Shown: positions 1 through 7,219, counted from the first letter of the stretch. The stretch: 12,659 nucleotides of DNA from an uncultured Flavobacteriales bacterium (GCA_965659565.1 CBFHWV010000057.1:1-12659), one strand, 5' to 3'. Notes: generated by a model from the letters alone, not told the origin. Numbers and translations are program-made.

Positions 1-11
1 CGAGTGCGGAC

Positions 12-1220
12 GTGTCCCATGCCCTTGACGATTTCGAAGAGGCGCTCGGCACGACCACGACCCTGTTGGAACGGGGCAACGTCAAGGACGCCATCCTCGA
101 GGAGTGGCAAGAGCAGATGTCGGGCCTGTATGATGAGTCGACCACGGCGCAGTGGGGCAACCTCGCGGGAGCCGATGGTGTGGCCATGCTCGAGATCACG
201 TGCCGCAATGGCATCCAGGTCCACGCCGTGACGGTGTCAGACGCCGAGACCGGACAGCGCCTGTTCAGTGAGCAATACGTGGGGGGCAATGTGGCCAGCG
301 CGATGAACCTCTTTGCGATGGAGCTGGCGGCCCGCGACCAGATCGTGCGCCACCCTTTGGATGGGGTTCCGGAACAGGTCCTCCGCGACAGCACATTCAG
401 CTATTTCGAGGTGGACAAGCTGGGGGCCGCGACGTGGCGGACCGAAATGGAGGCCGTCATGCAGCGCGCCTTGAGCCGATATCGCCCGTCCAACCGCATG
501 AACCTCAACGCCCCGGTGGAAGTCGACCTCGACCTTGATCCTCTGCGCGGTGCCACCGTGGACTTCCATGTCTCGGGACTGCGCTCGGAAATGGTGGAGC
601 GGCATTTCCGGGATGCGGCCTCGGGCATGGCCTTGCCGGCGGTGCCGACCTACGCCGGAGTCCGGCTGCACGCCACGGCTGAAGTGACGTTGCCATTCCG
701 GTTTTACTACGATCCCCGATTCCCCATGCGGGTGCGCATGGAAGGAGCCGAAGGGCCCCAAGAGGTTCGGGACGCCCTGCGCGGCGCGCCTCCGGGCAAC
801 TACGAGTTCCAATACCGCTTCTGGCAGCTGGGGACCAAGCAGTCCAATGAGACCCAACTCATTTCCGCCCAGCCGCGGAGCACAGGTGGGGCCTTGGCCT
901 TGTCGGCTGTGGCGCCAGGCATGGGGATGGAGTACGTCACGTTCGGACAGAAGAAGGGGGGGAATTGGCTCCTGGCCGTCGCCTTGCCAGCTGCAGCCGG
1001 ACTCGTGTTGGACGCCCTCTCCGATCGAGCATACACCGATTACCAGAACGCCTTGACCCCGGATGCGGCTGAGACGGCTTATGTCAAAGCCAATCAACTC
1101 CACAAGGCCGCGTTTGTGACCTTGGGGGTGAGCGGCGTGCTGTGGAGCTGGAACCTGGTGGAAACCCGGCGCGCAGCGGACCAACATCGCCAGGCCATCC
1201 GTCAATTCATCGAACAATGA
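12..1220 (+). CDS. Hypothetical protein with a C-terminal hydrophobic segment (NWLLAVALPAAAGLVLDAL). It may be 5'-partial, because the frame stays open back to the window edge.
   Basis: ORF-track frame of 402 aa with high GC3 codon usage. The TGA stop at 1218-1220 overlaps the ATG of the next gene (ATGA), which suggests translational coupling. I do not recognise the family. Confidence 0.55.
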   Translation: MSHALDDFEEALGTTTTLLERGNVKDAILEEWQEQMSGLYDESTTAQWGNLAGADGVAMLEITCRNGIQVHAVTVSDAETGQRLFSEQYVGGNVASAMNLFAMELAARDQIVRHPLDGVPEQVLRDSTFSYFEVDKLGAATWRTEMEAVMQRALSRYRPSNRMNLNAPVEVDLDLDPLRGATVDFHVSGLRSEMVERHFRDAASGMALPAVPTYAGVRLHATAEVTLPFRFYYDPRFPMRVRMEGAEGPQEVRDALRGAPPGNYEFQYRFWQLGTKQSNETQLISAQPRSTGGALALSAVAPGMGMEYVTFGQKKGGNWLLAVALPAAAGLVLDALSDRAYTDYQNALTPDAAETAYVKANQLHKAAFVTLGVSGVLWSWNLVETRRAADQHRQAIRQFIEQ

Positions 1221-2341
1221 GGAACGCGTCATTTTGGATTCTCGCCCTCGTCCTCACCGCGTGCAGTGCGGAGGATTGGAATTGGAATCTGCCGCGGACC
1301 AATCCCGTGGACCCCGCGGTCAACACGGGCGCCACCTTGCCTGTGACCCTGTCGGCCCTCATCACGTCCAATTCGACGGCCACCCTCCGGGGCCGCATCG
1401 AGCCCTACACCCCGACCTTCAATGGCGCCGTGGCGTTGGAGTGGAAACCGGAGGGGGGAGAGTGGACGCGCATCCCGGCCAGCGAAGACGCGACCGGCCT
1501 CTTCGAGGCCAACCTCGGTGGGCTCTCGCCGGGCGGCGATTACGTCTGCCGGGCCTGGATGGGCATCGGCTCACTCGATGTGTGGGGGCAGGAATACGGG
1601 TTTACCATGCCGCTCTCGGCCGAAGACCTCGGGTGCACCGACGCTTCCGCCTGCAACTACGACGCCCAGGCCACCTTTGACGACGGCTCGTGCGAATACG
1701 CCCAATGGATCTGGCCGGACAACGACAGCGATGGGTACGGCGATGCCGATGCCCAGAGTGCCTTCGAATGCCCGCCCGTTCCGTCCGGCTATGTCCTCAA
1801 TGGCCAGGACTGCAATGACGACGAGTCCAGCGTTTACCCCGGTGCGCCCGCCACGGCGATGGGACTGGACAACGACTGCTCGGGGGTCATCGAGGAGGAC
1901 GAGGAGGCCCCGCCCTCAGCCTGTTGGGTCCACCACTGCGAGGACCTCGATGGCTTGACGGCGGAAATCACCTCCAATTGCTCCTCTGTTGGGGACTGGG
2001 CAGTCAGCACGGGATATGAAGGGGCGGGCATCGCAGCCATTTGTCCGGGGTATGTCGAATTCGACTACAATGAGTCTCAACCCTTTGAATTGAGGTTTTG
2101 GATGGTGGCGTACGATGCGGGCTTCTGGACCCAAGACATCCCCGTGGTCACGGTGAATGGAGGCATGCTCAACACGGAGATCATCACAGGAGACGACCAA
2201 GGAGGGGATGGTGACGACTGGCACCAACGGGCCTCTTTCAATGCGGTGCCTGCAGGCTCCGGTACCATCCGCATTTCCTTTCCCTACACGGGAGTGTACT
2301 CTCGCCGGCTCGATGAGATTGAGCTCTGGTGCAATCCCTGA
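1217..2341 (+). CDS. Cys-rich secreted lipoprotein. It has a lipobox signal (MRNASFWILALVLTAC), a CNYD-type motif (GCTDASACNYDAQATFDDGSCEY) and Asp-rich MopE-like stretches (DNDSDGYGDADAQ, GQDCNDDESSVYPGAP, GLDNDCSG).
   Basis: The internal ATG at 1217 (M26 of ORF 1142..2341) is followed by a hydrophobic h-region ending LTAC. The CNYD and DxDxDG-like repeats are typical of Bacteroidota surface proteins. The ATGA overlap with the upstream gene supports this start. Confidence 0.7.
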   Translation: MRNASFWILALVLTACSAEDWNWNLPRTNPVDPAVNTGATLPVTLSALITSNSTATLRGRIEPYTPTFNGAVALEWKPEGGEWTRIPASEDATGLFEANLGGLSPGGDYVCRAWMGIGSLDVWGQEYGFTMPLSAEDLGCTDASACNYDAQATFDDGSCEYAQWIWPDNDSDGYGDADAQSAFECPPVPSGYVLNGQDCNDDESSVYPGAPATAMGLDNDCSGVIEEDEEAPPSACWVHHCEDLDGLTAEITSNCSSVGDWAVSTGYEGAGIAAICPGYVEFDYNESQPFELRFWMVAYDAGFWTQDIPVVTVNGGMLNTEIITGDDQGGDGDDWHQRASFNAVPAGSGTIRISFPYTGVYSRRLDEIELWCNP

Positions 2342-2342
2342 G

Positions 2343-2498
2343 TCAGTCGTTCTTGTTGAGGATGACGAGGGCGGCGATGACGCCGGGTACCCAACCGCAT
2401 GCGGTCAGCAGGAGCACAATGAGGATGCTGCCGCACCCGCGGTCGAGGACGGCCAGGGGCGGAAACAGGATGGCGAGGATGACTTGAAGCACGGTCAT
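2343..2498 (-). CDS. Pmp3/YqaE (UPF0057) family stress-induced proteolipid, 51 aa.
   Basis: The internal Met (M35 of ORF 2343..2600) gives MTVLQVILAILFPPLAVLDRGCGSILIVLLLTACGWVPGVIAALVILNKND. This aligns colinearly with E. coli YqaE (two TM helices, conserved ILPPLGV-like motif) and has the typical family length of about 52 aa. Confidence 0.85.
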   Translation of the reverse strand: MTVLQVILAILFPPLAVLDRGCGSILIVLLLTACGWVPGVIAALVILNKND

Positions 2499-2537
2499 GC
2501 ATCGAAAATAGCCGAATCCCACGCCTTTGACCACTTG

Positions 2538-2561
2538 TTGAACTGGATTGAACTTTGAACC
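2538..2561. promoter_or_regulatory. Conserved cis-element TTGAACTGGATTGAACTTTGAACC. It has three TTGAAC-type half-sites with 10-bp phasing and lies in the divergent intergenic region between the pmp3-like gene (-) and 2593 (+).
   Basis: The 17-mer core ATTGAACTGGATTGAAC is identical to the one at 12126-12142 and matches 15/17 with the one at 6728-6744. All three copies lie in divergent promoter regions. Confidence 0.55.
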
Positions 2562-2592
2562 AAGGCGATTGGTCCTCATCTTCGGTTGAGCC

Positions 2593-2922
2593 ATGTCCAA
2601 GAACTACTACCTCGGCTGCATTGACAGCGAAAAGCGGGACATTGCCCGCCACCGTCGTGACATCGACAAATTGCGCGACGACAACCGTGATTTGATGGAG
2701 GACAAAAAGCGCGCCCGTGAGCGTTGCAAGCGCGCCCTCACCACCACCAAAGACCGCAGCCGCAAGGACAGCTACCGCAGCACCCGCGACCGCGAGCTCG
2801 ATCGCATCGATTCCAAGCGCGGTCGCAACAAGGAGAAAATCGCGGACCTCCGCGAGAAGATCCGGGGCTGCCGCGAGGACATCCAGGAGTACCGCGAGAA
2901 AATCCGCAACCTCCGCCGCTGA
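2593..2922 (+). CDS. Small, highly charged (more than half R/K/D/E) predicted coiled-coil protein of 109 aa. It resembles a hydrophilin/LEA-type protein. The family is unknown.
   Basis: ATG at 2593 with strong GC3 bias in this frame. The overlapping ORF 2717..2930 and the 5' part of 2717..3376 are the low-complexity alternate frames typical of GC-rich DNA. It lies 32 bp downstream of the 2538 motif. Confidence 0.6.
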   Translation: MSKNYYLGCIDSEKRDIARHRRDIDKLRDDNRDLMEDKKRARERCKRALTTTKDRSRKDSYRSTRDRELDRIDSKRGRNKEKIADLREKIRGCREDIQEYREKIRNLRR

Positions 2923-2956
2923 GCTGTTAAAATTTCATTCCTCAATACTCCATACC

Positions 2957-3376
2957 ATGGCCAAAGAAGTGACCGTACATGGCAGGAAACTCCTGCGAAC
3001 CCTCCAGAAAGAATTCACCGAGAAGTTTCCCTACCTCATTCTCGGATTCATCCACTCGGGTGACCGGGGAAAGTCCGTTGACGTCCGGGGGTTGGACACC
3101 TCGAAGAACATCAGCGCCACCCGAACAAAGACATCCAATGAGGAGATTTCCTTGCATGGTCGCACCAAAGTGAGCACCATGGAGGAAAAATTCTGGGATG
3201 AGCTGGGCATTGCCGTCCAGATTGCCGTCAAGGACTATCGCGGGCACAAATACTATTTCCCGATTGGCGATGGCTTCAATGAAAGGAGTTTGACCAAGGC
3301 CAATGCCTGGGCAGAGGCTGCAGGGTGTTCGGAGGTCGACGATATCGAGTCCATTTCTGGCCGGAACATCTTCTGA
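2957..3376 (+). CDS. Small tandem-repeat protein, paralog P3 (139 aa). It has two roughly 45-aa modules of the form G-R-K-L-x-x-L-x-x-E-F-x-E-x-F-G-x-x-V-Q-V.
   Basis: The internal ATG at 2957 (M81 of ORF 2717..3376) begins MAKEVTVHGRKLLRTLQKEFTEKFPYLILGF, and the second module is ISLHGRTKVSTMEEKFWDELGIAVQI. It is clearly homologous to 6798..7193, 7220..7585 and 6346..6660. Confidence 0.65.
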   Translation: MAKEVTVHGRKLLRTLQKEFTEKFPYLILGFIHSGDRGKSVDVRGLDTSKNISATRTKTSNEEISLHGRTKVSTMEEKFWDELGIAVQIAVKDYRGHKYYFPIGDGFNERSLTKANAWAEAAGCSEVDDIESISGRNIF

Positions 3377-3388
3377 ATTCTTGACCCC

Positions 3389-4243
3389 GTGACGAAAGAA
3401 GAAAGTCTGTTCCGGCAGTTCAAGCGGCTGAATCGGAAGAGCAGAGAAGCCTATGTGGTGTCCGGAATCTGGCACCGCATTGACAGCGATGAGGTGGAGA
3501 TGATTACGCAGCAGTATGTGCGGCGCAAGGAAGGCGGTCATGCCTTGACCGATGCTTATTTCCCCCAATTCAATCTCCACATCGAAGTGGACGAGGGATT
3601 TCACAGGAAGCAGGTGGTCCAGGACGATTTGCGCAAGCAGGACATTGTCGATGCGACGGGTCACGAGGTGGTGCGGATCAAGGCCGATGTGCCCCTGCGG
3701 GAGATTCACCGACAGATCGAGGGGGTGGCGGAACGGCTGAGGGCCGGGATGGATGCGCAACGCGCTGAGGGATCGTGGAAGCCATGGGACCCGACATTCC
3801 AGCATTCACCCGAACGGTATCGTGCTCTTGGTGAGGTGAGCATATCCAATGGGGCCGCATTTCACCGCATTGCCGACGCGTGCAACGCTTTTGGACATGA
3901 CTATTCCGGGTATCAAAAGGCTTGGGCCAGCAATCCTCTCGATTCAGGCACCTATCTGTGGTTTCCCAAACTGTACGAGAATCGGGACTGGGCCAATTCC
4001 CTGTCCGAGGATGGATGCACCATCACGGAGCTCTGTCTGAGTCCTCGGAAGTCCTTCCGGAAGGCGCACCATGACCGGGCCATGTCGAGGAACGTGGACC
4101 GGATCACCTTCGCTCATGGAAAGTCGCCACTGGGTGAAACGCTGTATCGGTTCGTTGGCGTGTTCCGCACGGACAAGGAGGCGAGTCACCCGGAGCGAGG
4201 CACCATTTATCGACGTGTGGCGACCTCAGCACCACTGCGTTAG
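3389..4243 (+). CDS. Fusion protein. The N-terminal part is a DUF559/Vsr-like PD-(D/E)xK endonuclease-fold domain, and the C-terminal domain of about 150 aa is unrecognised.
   Basis: TDAYFPQFNLHIEVDEGFH plus DDLRKQDIVDATGHEVVRIKADV match the DUF559 signature (DFYcP...L.vE.DGg.H ... D..Rd..L...G..VlRf.n.eV). The GTG start at 3389 lies 12 nt after P3. An alternative ATG at M38 is possible. Confidence 0.55.
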   Translation: MTKEESLFRQFKRLNRKSREAYVVSGIWHRIDSDEVEMITQQYVRRKEGGHALTDAYFPQFNLHIEVDEGFHRKQVVQDDLRKQDIVDATGHEVVRIKADVPLREIHRQIEGVAERLRAGMDAQRAEGSWKPWDPTFQHSPERYRALGEVSISNGAAFHRIADACNAFGHDYSGYQKAWASNPLDSGTYLWFPKLYENRDWANSLSEDGCTITELCLSPRKSFRKAHHDRAMSRNVDRITFAHGKSPLGETLYRFVGVFRTDKEASHPERGTIYRRVATSAPLR

Positions 4244-4413
4244 GTGAGTTCAGTGGCGGCGGCCCAGGAAGAGGCTGAGCAGCCATTTGCCGACTTTTCG
4301 CTGGCGGCCTTGTCGGGTCAACGGGATGCCCGTGAAGCGGGCAATCCGTTGCTTTAAAGTTTGAATGCCCAGCAGCCGACTGAGGCTCCACGAAAACCCG
4401 CACCTCCGCCCCA

Positions 4414-6267
4414 TCAGGCGAGTTGGTCGATGCGTTGCGCGATGACCTCACGCAGGCGGGGCAGACCCTCCTCAGAGAAGAGGGTGAAGCTCCACTGATC
4501 GGGAATGCTTTTGCCGCCCTCCTTGAATTCGATGTGGGCGTTGCCTTCCGGAGCAGGGACGCCGACCGGGTGGTAGACATGGCCCTTGATGATGAGCTTC
4601 TTGGCCTTGCAGTTGTGCAGTTTGGCGACCTTGTCCCGCCCCTTGTTGAGGGGCATGTAGGATGCAGTGACTTTGATGGCGCAGTCCCGCTCGGCCACGA
4701 AGGCCTCGAACATTTCACCCACTGAGCGCCAAAGGGGAAGGGCCTTTTGGTTGATGGCGGGGTCTTCCTTGAGGAAATTGTATTTGGACTCCATCGAGTC
4801 GAAGCGGACCACTTTGCCGCGCTTCTCCATGCCGCTCTTGCCCGCCACATCGTCGTCGACGTTGGTGATGGCAGCAAAGGACATGCTGCGTCCGAGCAGG
4901 TCATACAGGGTCTCGACGTCTTCCTCCTTTTTCCCCTCCGTGAGGGAGAAGGTGTCGCGCAAGAGGTTGAGCAGGTCCACGATGCTCTCCCATTTGGCTT
5001 TGAGGTAGGGGTCGCGCTTGCCGGCACCGAGGTCCCGGTTGCAGAACCCGTAGATGATCTGCTCCCAGACCTCGTCGGTCTTTCCCTTCATGCCATCGCC
5101 AAACTTGCTGACCGTTTCTGCGACCTCGGTCAGGTTCACGGAGAGCTTCTCGGCCATTCCGGGCTCCCAGTCGACATACTGGATGTCTTGGACCAGGAAG
5201 CGGAAGATCTTGGGGTAGCTGATCTGCAGTCCGAGGAGGGAAAACAGCATCAGATCGTCCTTGGCGTCGGGTTGGTCGCCGTCAAAGGCTTCCGGGTCGT
5301 CGCGGAAATCCGCATCGCGCAGGCTGCGCAGCAAGGAGAAACTGTTGAGGTAGCGCTTCAGGCTTCGGGGGTTGAAGCCCACCGTGTAGGTCACCACCTT
5401 GGCGTATTCGTCTTTGTACTCCTCGGGAATGGCAATGCCCATGCCGGAGAGCTTGTCTTGCATGAGCTCATCGATGGTGTAGGCCCCCGTCGGCATGGAG
5501 AATGGCACCTGGATGATCTTGTCGAAGAAGCTGCGGAATTCGCGCTCGTTCTCTTCGGTCTTCTCGCCGAATTTGCCCTCCAGGCCCTTGACGACCACCT
5601 CGTAGTCGATGGCCAGGACAAAGATGCAATTCGGGATGTCGAACATGTTTTTCAGCGCCTCGAGCACCTCCACGGCGTCTGTCGGCGGGATGCGGTCGAG
5701 GTCATCCACGAAAAAGACGACGCGCTTGTAGCTGTTCGACGGGTCGTCGAGCAGCTTTTGAATGATGGCCCGGATGTCTTCTTTGACGTCTGCGATTTCG
5801 GCCTGAACCGCTGCAGCATCTTCCCCGGCTGCTGCATCCATGATGTCCAAGCCCGTTTTGTTGGCGATGGCCTGGTTGCCGAGTCGGGTGAAAAAGCGCC
5901 CGACCTTTTTCATGGTTTGCTTGCTCTCGTCGTGGAGCGTCCATTGGCCCTCGGCTTCACAGCTGGCGATGAGCTTCTCGAGCATGCCGCGCAAGACGGC
6001 GGGTGTGGTTTCCGCCGCTCCGCGGAACATGCTGTACTCCCAAGTATTGACCCAGCTGGTCGCGATGTCCATGGCTTTGAGCTGCTCCCGCAGCATGTAC
6101 ATCATCGACGTTTTTCCCGTTCCCCACTCTCCTTGCAGTCCCACGGTCATGGGGGTGTCGCTCTTGGAAATGAACTGGGTCAGGGCGAGGGCGTAGCGCT
6201 TGGACTTGAGTTTGTCCTGGTCAACGCTCGTGATGGGCTTGTCGGTGATGCTGGAATGGTGGGTCAT
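4414..6267 (-). CDS. KAP-family P-loop NTPase, 617 aa and soluble, with no TM insert in the NTPase core. A C-terminal extension of about 130 aa has unknown function.
   Basis: It has Walker A LQGEWGTGKTS and Walker B VVFFVDDLDR. It has the KAP hallmark motifs IQVPFSMP and NPRSLKRYLNSF. The ATG at 6265-6267 is M3 of the ORF; ORF M1 is a TTG. Confidence 0.85.
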   Translation of the reverse strand: MTHHSSITDKPITSVDQDKLKSKRYALALTQFISKSDTPMTVGLQGEWGTGKTSMMYMLREQLKAMDIATSWVNTWEYSMFRGAAETTPAVLRGMLEKLIASCEAEGQWTLHDESKQTMKKVGRFFTRLGNQAIANKTGLDIMDAAAGEDAAAVQAEIADVKEDIRAIIQKLLDDPSNSYKRVVFFVDDLDRIPPTDAVEVLEALKNMFDIPNCIFVLAIDYEVVVKGLEGKFGEKTEENEREFRSFFDKIIQVPFSMPTGAYTIDELMQDKLSGMGIAIPEEYKDEYAKVVTYTVGFNPRSLKRYLNSFSLLRSLRDADFRDDPEAFDGDQPDAKDDLMLFSLLGLQISYPKIFRFLVQDIQYVDWEPGMAEKLSVNLTEVAETVSKFGDGMKGKTDEVWEQIIYGFCNRDLGAGKRDPYLKAKWESIVDLLNLLRDTFSLTEGKKEEDVETLYDLLGRSMSFAAITNVDDDVAGKSGMEKRGKVVRFDSMESKYNFLKEDPAINQKALPLWRSVGEMFEAFVAERDCAIKVTASYMPLNKGRDKVAKLHNCKAKKLIIKGHVYHPVGVPAPEGNAHIEFKEGGKSIPDQWSFTLFSEEGLPRLREVIAQRIDQLA

Positions 6268-6288
6268 GGTCAATGGGGTTTGGGGCCG

Positions 6289-6320
6289 AAAAAAACCGCG
6301 CGGCTTTGAGGGCCGCGCGG
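6289..6320 (-). terminator. Rho-independent terminator for the P4 gene. A 9-bp all-GC stem (CCGCGCGGC/GCCGCGCGG) with a 7-nt loop is followed by a run of 7 U on the minus-strand transcript.
   Basis: The plus strand reads aaaaaaaCCGCGCGGCtttgagGGCCGCGCGG at 6289-6320. On the minus strand this is a hairpin followed by UUUUUUU. It lies about 25 nt downstream of the P4 stop and about 20 nt upstream of the KAP ATG. Confidence 0.75.
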
Positions 6321-6345
6321 GAAATTGTCAGAAGGGAAGAACGCC

Positions 6346-6660
6346 TCAGGAGAGGCTGCCCAGTTTCGCGCTGTTGTCGGCGAGCTCGCTGTCGTCGGCG
6401 CTGGCCACTTGGACCTTCACACCGATTTCTTTCATGAAACGCTCCTCCACCGTCTTCACGAGCATGTTGCCGTGCAGGTCGACAGCACCGTCCCCATCGG
6501 GGCGCTCGTTGTTGTGGCGTGCGCTTGCCAAGGTCTCATCGTCGTCGGCGTACTTCTTGCCCATGCCTTTGTAAACGCGCAGGGTGGCGCCGTACTCCTC
6601 TTTGAATTGGGCCTTGATGGTCTTCACTTTCGTGTTGCCGGATGCTTTGATGTCAGCCAT
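6346..6660 (-). CDS. Small tandem-repeat protein, paralog P4 (104 aa).
   Basis: The ATG at 6658-6660 (M10 of ORF 6346..6687, whose M1 is TTG) begins MADIKASGNTKVKTIKAQFKEEYGATLRVYKG. The second module is VDLHGNMLVKTVEERFMKEIGVKVQV. Confidence 0.65.
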   Translation of the reverse strand: MADIKASGNTKVKTIKAQFKEEYGATLRVYKGMGKKYADDDETLASARHNNERPDGDGAVDLHGNMLVKTVEERFMKEIGVKVQVASADDSELADNSAKLGSLS

Positions 6661-6726
6661 GATCTTCGAATTGGTTTGTTGTGACAAGATGGGGGATGGG
6701 CTTCAAAATTCCGCGTGCCATCCTCA

Positions 6727-6757
6727 AATTGAACTAAATTGAACTGGGTTCAAATGC
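6727..6757. promoter_or_regulatory. Conserved cis-element AAATTGAACTAAATTGAACTGGGTTCAAATG. It has two direct TTGAAC sites 10 bp apart plus an inverted GTTCAA (TTGAAC-N3-GTTCAA palindrome), and lies between the divergent P4 (-) and P1 (+) genes.
   Basis: The sequence was read directly. The 15/17 match to the 2538 and 12119 elements is what ties this copy to the other two. Confidence 0.55.
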
Positions 6758-6797
6758 GAGAATTTCTGAGCTTTCTGCCTGTCAAAAACCGTCCCTG

Positions 6798-7193
6798 ATG
6801 AGTACCGAAATCACCACCACCGGATCGAAGAAGATCAAGACCCTGAAGAAGCAGTTCAACGAAAAGTTTCCGTTTCTCCGTTTGGGGTTGTTCCCCTCTT
6901 CATCCAAAGTGGATGTCGCCAACGGCAAGACCATCACCAACCTCGATGCCGACAAGACGTTGTCTGCGGTTCGTGAAAAGGTCGGGGATGGGGACATCTC
7001 CATTCACGGTCGGAAGCTGGTGAAGAACCTCGAAGCGGAATTTGAGGAGGTGTTTGGATTGTATGCCCAAGTCTGCTGGACCAGCGGTGACGGTAAGCGT
7101 TATTACACCACGGGCAGCGACCAAGACAAGAGCCTCACTGCGCTCAACCGCGAAAAGGAGGCAGAAGGCGCCAAGAAGGGCGCTTGGGAATGA
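6798..7193 (+). CDS. Small tandem-repeat protein, paralog P1 (131 aa).
   Basis: The first module is KKIKTLKKQFNEKFPFLRLGLF...DKTLSAV and the second is ISIHGRKLVKNLEAEFEEVFGLYAQV...DKSLTAL. ATG at 6798. The frame has high GC3. Confidence 0.7.
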   Translation: MSTEITTTGSKKIKTLKKQFNEKFPFLRLGLFPSSSKVDVANGKTITNLDADKTLSAVREKVGDGDISIHGRKLVKNLEAEFEEVFGLYAQVCWTSGDGKRYYTTGSDQDKSLTALNREKEAEGAKKGAWE

Positions 7194-7219
7194 ACCCCAA
7201 CTGAAAACATCAAGAACAC

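Noticed and set aside
2538-2580. Reading the TGAACTT...GTCC region as an ECF-sigma promoter (-35 GAACTT / -10 CGTC), or as sigma70 -35 TTGACA-like boxes
   Set aside because: No consistently spaced -10 partner is present across the three copies. The Bacteroidota-type -33 TTTG / -7 TAnnTTTG consensus is also not evident by eye. A transcription-factor site fits the 10-bp phasing better, but a promoter role cannot be excluded.
4244-4413. Possible terminators or a small RNA in the 170-bp convergent spacer between the nuclease fusion and the KAP NTPase
   Set aside because: Only a weak 5-bp hairpin (GCCCG-tgaag-CGGGC, about 4295-4335) with no U-tract on either strand. No ORF longer than 60 aa. There is nothing I can support.
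4747-6309. A 520-aa ORF on the plus strand opposite the KAP NTPase gene
   Set aside because: It lies antisense to a gene with unmistakable conserved motifs. The translation is low-complexity (Gly/Val/Leu/Ala/His-rich), with no recognisable domains. Long antisense ORFs are expected by chance in GC-rich DNA.
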